The position numbers and the translations under genes are program-made. From Octopus sinensis (Eukaryota), in the NCBI RefSeq assembly GCF_006345805.1, contig NC_043002.1:34658001-34722000 (forward strand): a DNA stretch of 64,000 bases. Reading direction: 5' to 3'. This document shows positions 61,670 through 64,000 of this stretch, one piece after another. A model generated the notes under the pieces. That model was not told the origin of the DNA. It saw only the letters and a program-made list of their open reading frames with translations, and did no database searches. Every line of letters starts with the position of its first letter. Position 1 is the stretch's first letter.

Positions 61670-61990
61670 TTTTTAAGGTCGATTCTCCTGTTGCCAACCC
61701 ACTCCTGTTTCCAAAAAATGGTAATATTCCCCATGACCAGACATGCTTTCACAAAAGGATAGAAACGATGGACACCACTTGGATGATGGTGCAATTTGTT
61801 TACAGCTATTATGTGATGTCAAGGCAAAGACACCGTAACACACACACACACAAGCTTCATTCAGTTTCAGTCTACCAAATCCACTCACAAGGCTTTGGTT
61901 GACCTAGATCCATAGCGGAACTCGCACAAGGTGCCACACAGTAAAACTGAACCTGAGCCCATGTGGTTGGGAAGCAAACTTCTTACCACA
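61670..61990 (-). mobile_element. SINE family D
   Basis: ctcctgttgccaacccactcctgtttcc...aggtgccacacagtaaaactgaacctgagcccatgtggttgggaagcaaacttcttaccacac. Confidence 0.8.
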
Positions 61991-63249
61991 CAAATCAAGA
62001 GATTAAATGACACTTTAATTATGACATAACTGAAAAGAAATTTGAAATGAGGAAAGAATGTGTTATTGCATCACTGAATTTACAAATACTTTATGTAGAA
62101 CACATCATGATAAGAGTCCAAATTTATAAGTAAACAATTTAAATTACAAAATCCACTCTTTTGCTGGTTCCAGATTGTAGGCTATGATCATGCTAAGACA
62201 TATCAATCATGAAATTAATTGAAAACATATTTCACCTGAAACTGACCTTAAACCAATTAACGATTATTCTTTAATTACTTTTCCAAAATGCTATAAAAGT
62301 ATCATTGTACAAGTCTACCAAATTGCTTTTACTACTGCTCTCACACCAATTCTATGTCCATTAAATAATTTTTCTTTACCACCATATTCAAGAATGGTAC
62401 ATTTCTTTTTCACCCAGATTTTGACATTGATCACTGCTTGATTTTGAGTTAGATTGTGGCACTGAATTAAAAGTAATAGAACCGCAAAAGCTTATTAAAA
62501 TATTAGCCTGCTTCGATTTATAAAACAATATCCAGTGGAATATTGTACAATCTTCAATAGAAAATTTTCACAATATCATTTCATTTCATAAAACACTGAT
62601 TTGCAATATAAATATCACATTTGTTTCACACCAATAAAAAAATTATTGCTGTTAGTAGTAGTGGTGGCAGCAGCAGTAGTAGTAATAAAACTTTTTCCTT
62701 TAATATTGATTATTTCTAAATTCTTATATTCAAAAGAAATTCTTTTACCCATTTATTTTTATAGTTTTAACACTGTTTTAACAAGCTACCATGAATGTAG
62801 AACCCATTGTCAGCTGGCAGAATAGGGTGTCTTGCCCTCAAATGCAATATAGTGGTTAGCTTACATATATTTCATGTAAGAGCAATTATAAAACAGACAC
62901 TCTGTCATTCAGCATAGATATTTGCCTCCTTATGGAATTTAAATGATAGTAGACAGTAAAGCTGATCACAAAGTTATTACATCATACACCTAGTCTATAA
63001 TATATGTTGCTCTCCAATCAATTTGAAGAACCAACAAATATTTGTTTACCCAGGTTTTCAAGTATGAAATAATTATCTTAATTCATTCACTTTTTAATAT
63101 CACACTTCATTTACAGCCAAACTTTGTTAATTACATCTTTGTTCAGAATTAAAGGCACCTTCACAAATAGAAGCCAATGACAGTAGAAGTAAATCTAATT
63201 TTCTGTGCTTTGTCAGTTCTTTTTCTTGTACAAAATAGCATCAGAGAGA

Positions 63250-63490
63250 CACATTAATTCTTTGCAGTCATATTTCTCAGTCACAATGTGGGGAGTTCTA
63301 CAATAAATTTCCTCTAAACAGAAACACTGAAAGGCCTGATCCAGCAGCCCTATGATCAAAAGCCTTCCAGACATGACTATCCCATTATTTTGTATGTCAT
63401 GCCATACAGTATCCAACATGTCCTTCCTTTTTCTAAGTGGTAGTAAACCAGGAAGGAAATTTGGCTGCCATTTCTAAAAGCTCAAATACT
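63250..63490 (-). mobile_element. Repeat family E
   Basis: tatgatcaaaagccttccagacatgactatccc...ggaaggaaatttggctgccatttctaaaagctcaaat. Confidence 0.55.
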
Positions 63491-64000
63491 TTTCTAAAGT
63501 CCTCTTCATGTTGGAAAGCATGAATGCCACATATTCAGTGTCATTGGTTAAACAGAGACTATTTTTCAGTCATGAAAATATACAAATTAGTTATTTGTTC
63601 ACTGAAACTAAAGTTGAGTGGGGCAGCTATGAAATAACTTCCCAACAGCAAAACAGGTTGGCAGCTGTGTTAATCAATGTTAAAACAACCATTACAGGAC
63701 AACGATGATAATGATGAGATAATTATTGTTATCTTAATTCATTAACTTTATAACGTCACGTGTCATAATAACTAAACTTTATTTAAGAGCACACAAACAC
63801 ATACATGTGTATGCAGAGAGAGGGAAAGAGGAGAAGGTAAGAGAAAGAAGCAAACAGATAGAGAGAGGGGGGGAGATGCAGTGGTAGAGGTTGGGGATAA
63901 ACAAAATGAGAGATGAATATTAAAAATTTGGAACAATACAAAACAGAGTTAAAGGAGGTAGAACAAGCAGAAACTGGCTAGCAACATGAAGAAAAGTTTG

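Overview
Eukaryotic, AT-rich, repeat-saturated window. The SINE, LINE and microsatellite families look like those of coleoid cephalopods, most likely Octopus; this is an inference from repeat content, not a database match. I found no host protein-coding exon I can support, so the window is probably intronic or intergenic. The recognisable coding material is all transposon-derived: a Gypsy integrase remnant with its polypurine tract and 3' LTR, several RTE and CR1/L2-type LINE pieces (one nearly intact RT at 33026-34955), two Penelope-like elements (RT + GIY-YIG at 25517-27720, and a decayed one with an inverted pseudo-LTR at 20329-22636), and a complete hAT/Buster transposon with TIRs and an 8-bp TSD (46502-48612). 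The strongest unexplained signal is a set of hammerhead-ribozyme (HHR) motifs from several unrelated repeat families. Best cases: a TSD-flanked inverted dimer combining a tRNA-like Pol III head, a minimal type-I HHR and a Penelope ORF start (52196-52897); an inverted pair of HHRs with an unusually long stem-II insert (30035-30437); and a 2.4-copy array of an ~860-bp unit (27841-29922). Also notable: a SINE/LINE shared 3' stem-loop with a compensatory base pair, one SINE head joined to two different LINE-derived tails, two filled/empty insertion-site pairs, and a 147-bp foldback palindrome. Boundaries of old repeats are approximate (tens of bp); alignments were done by eye.
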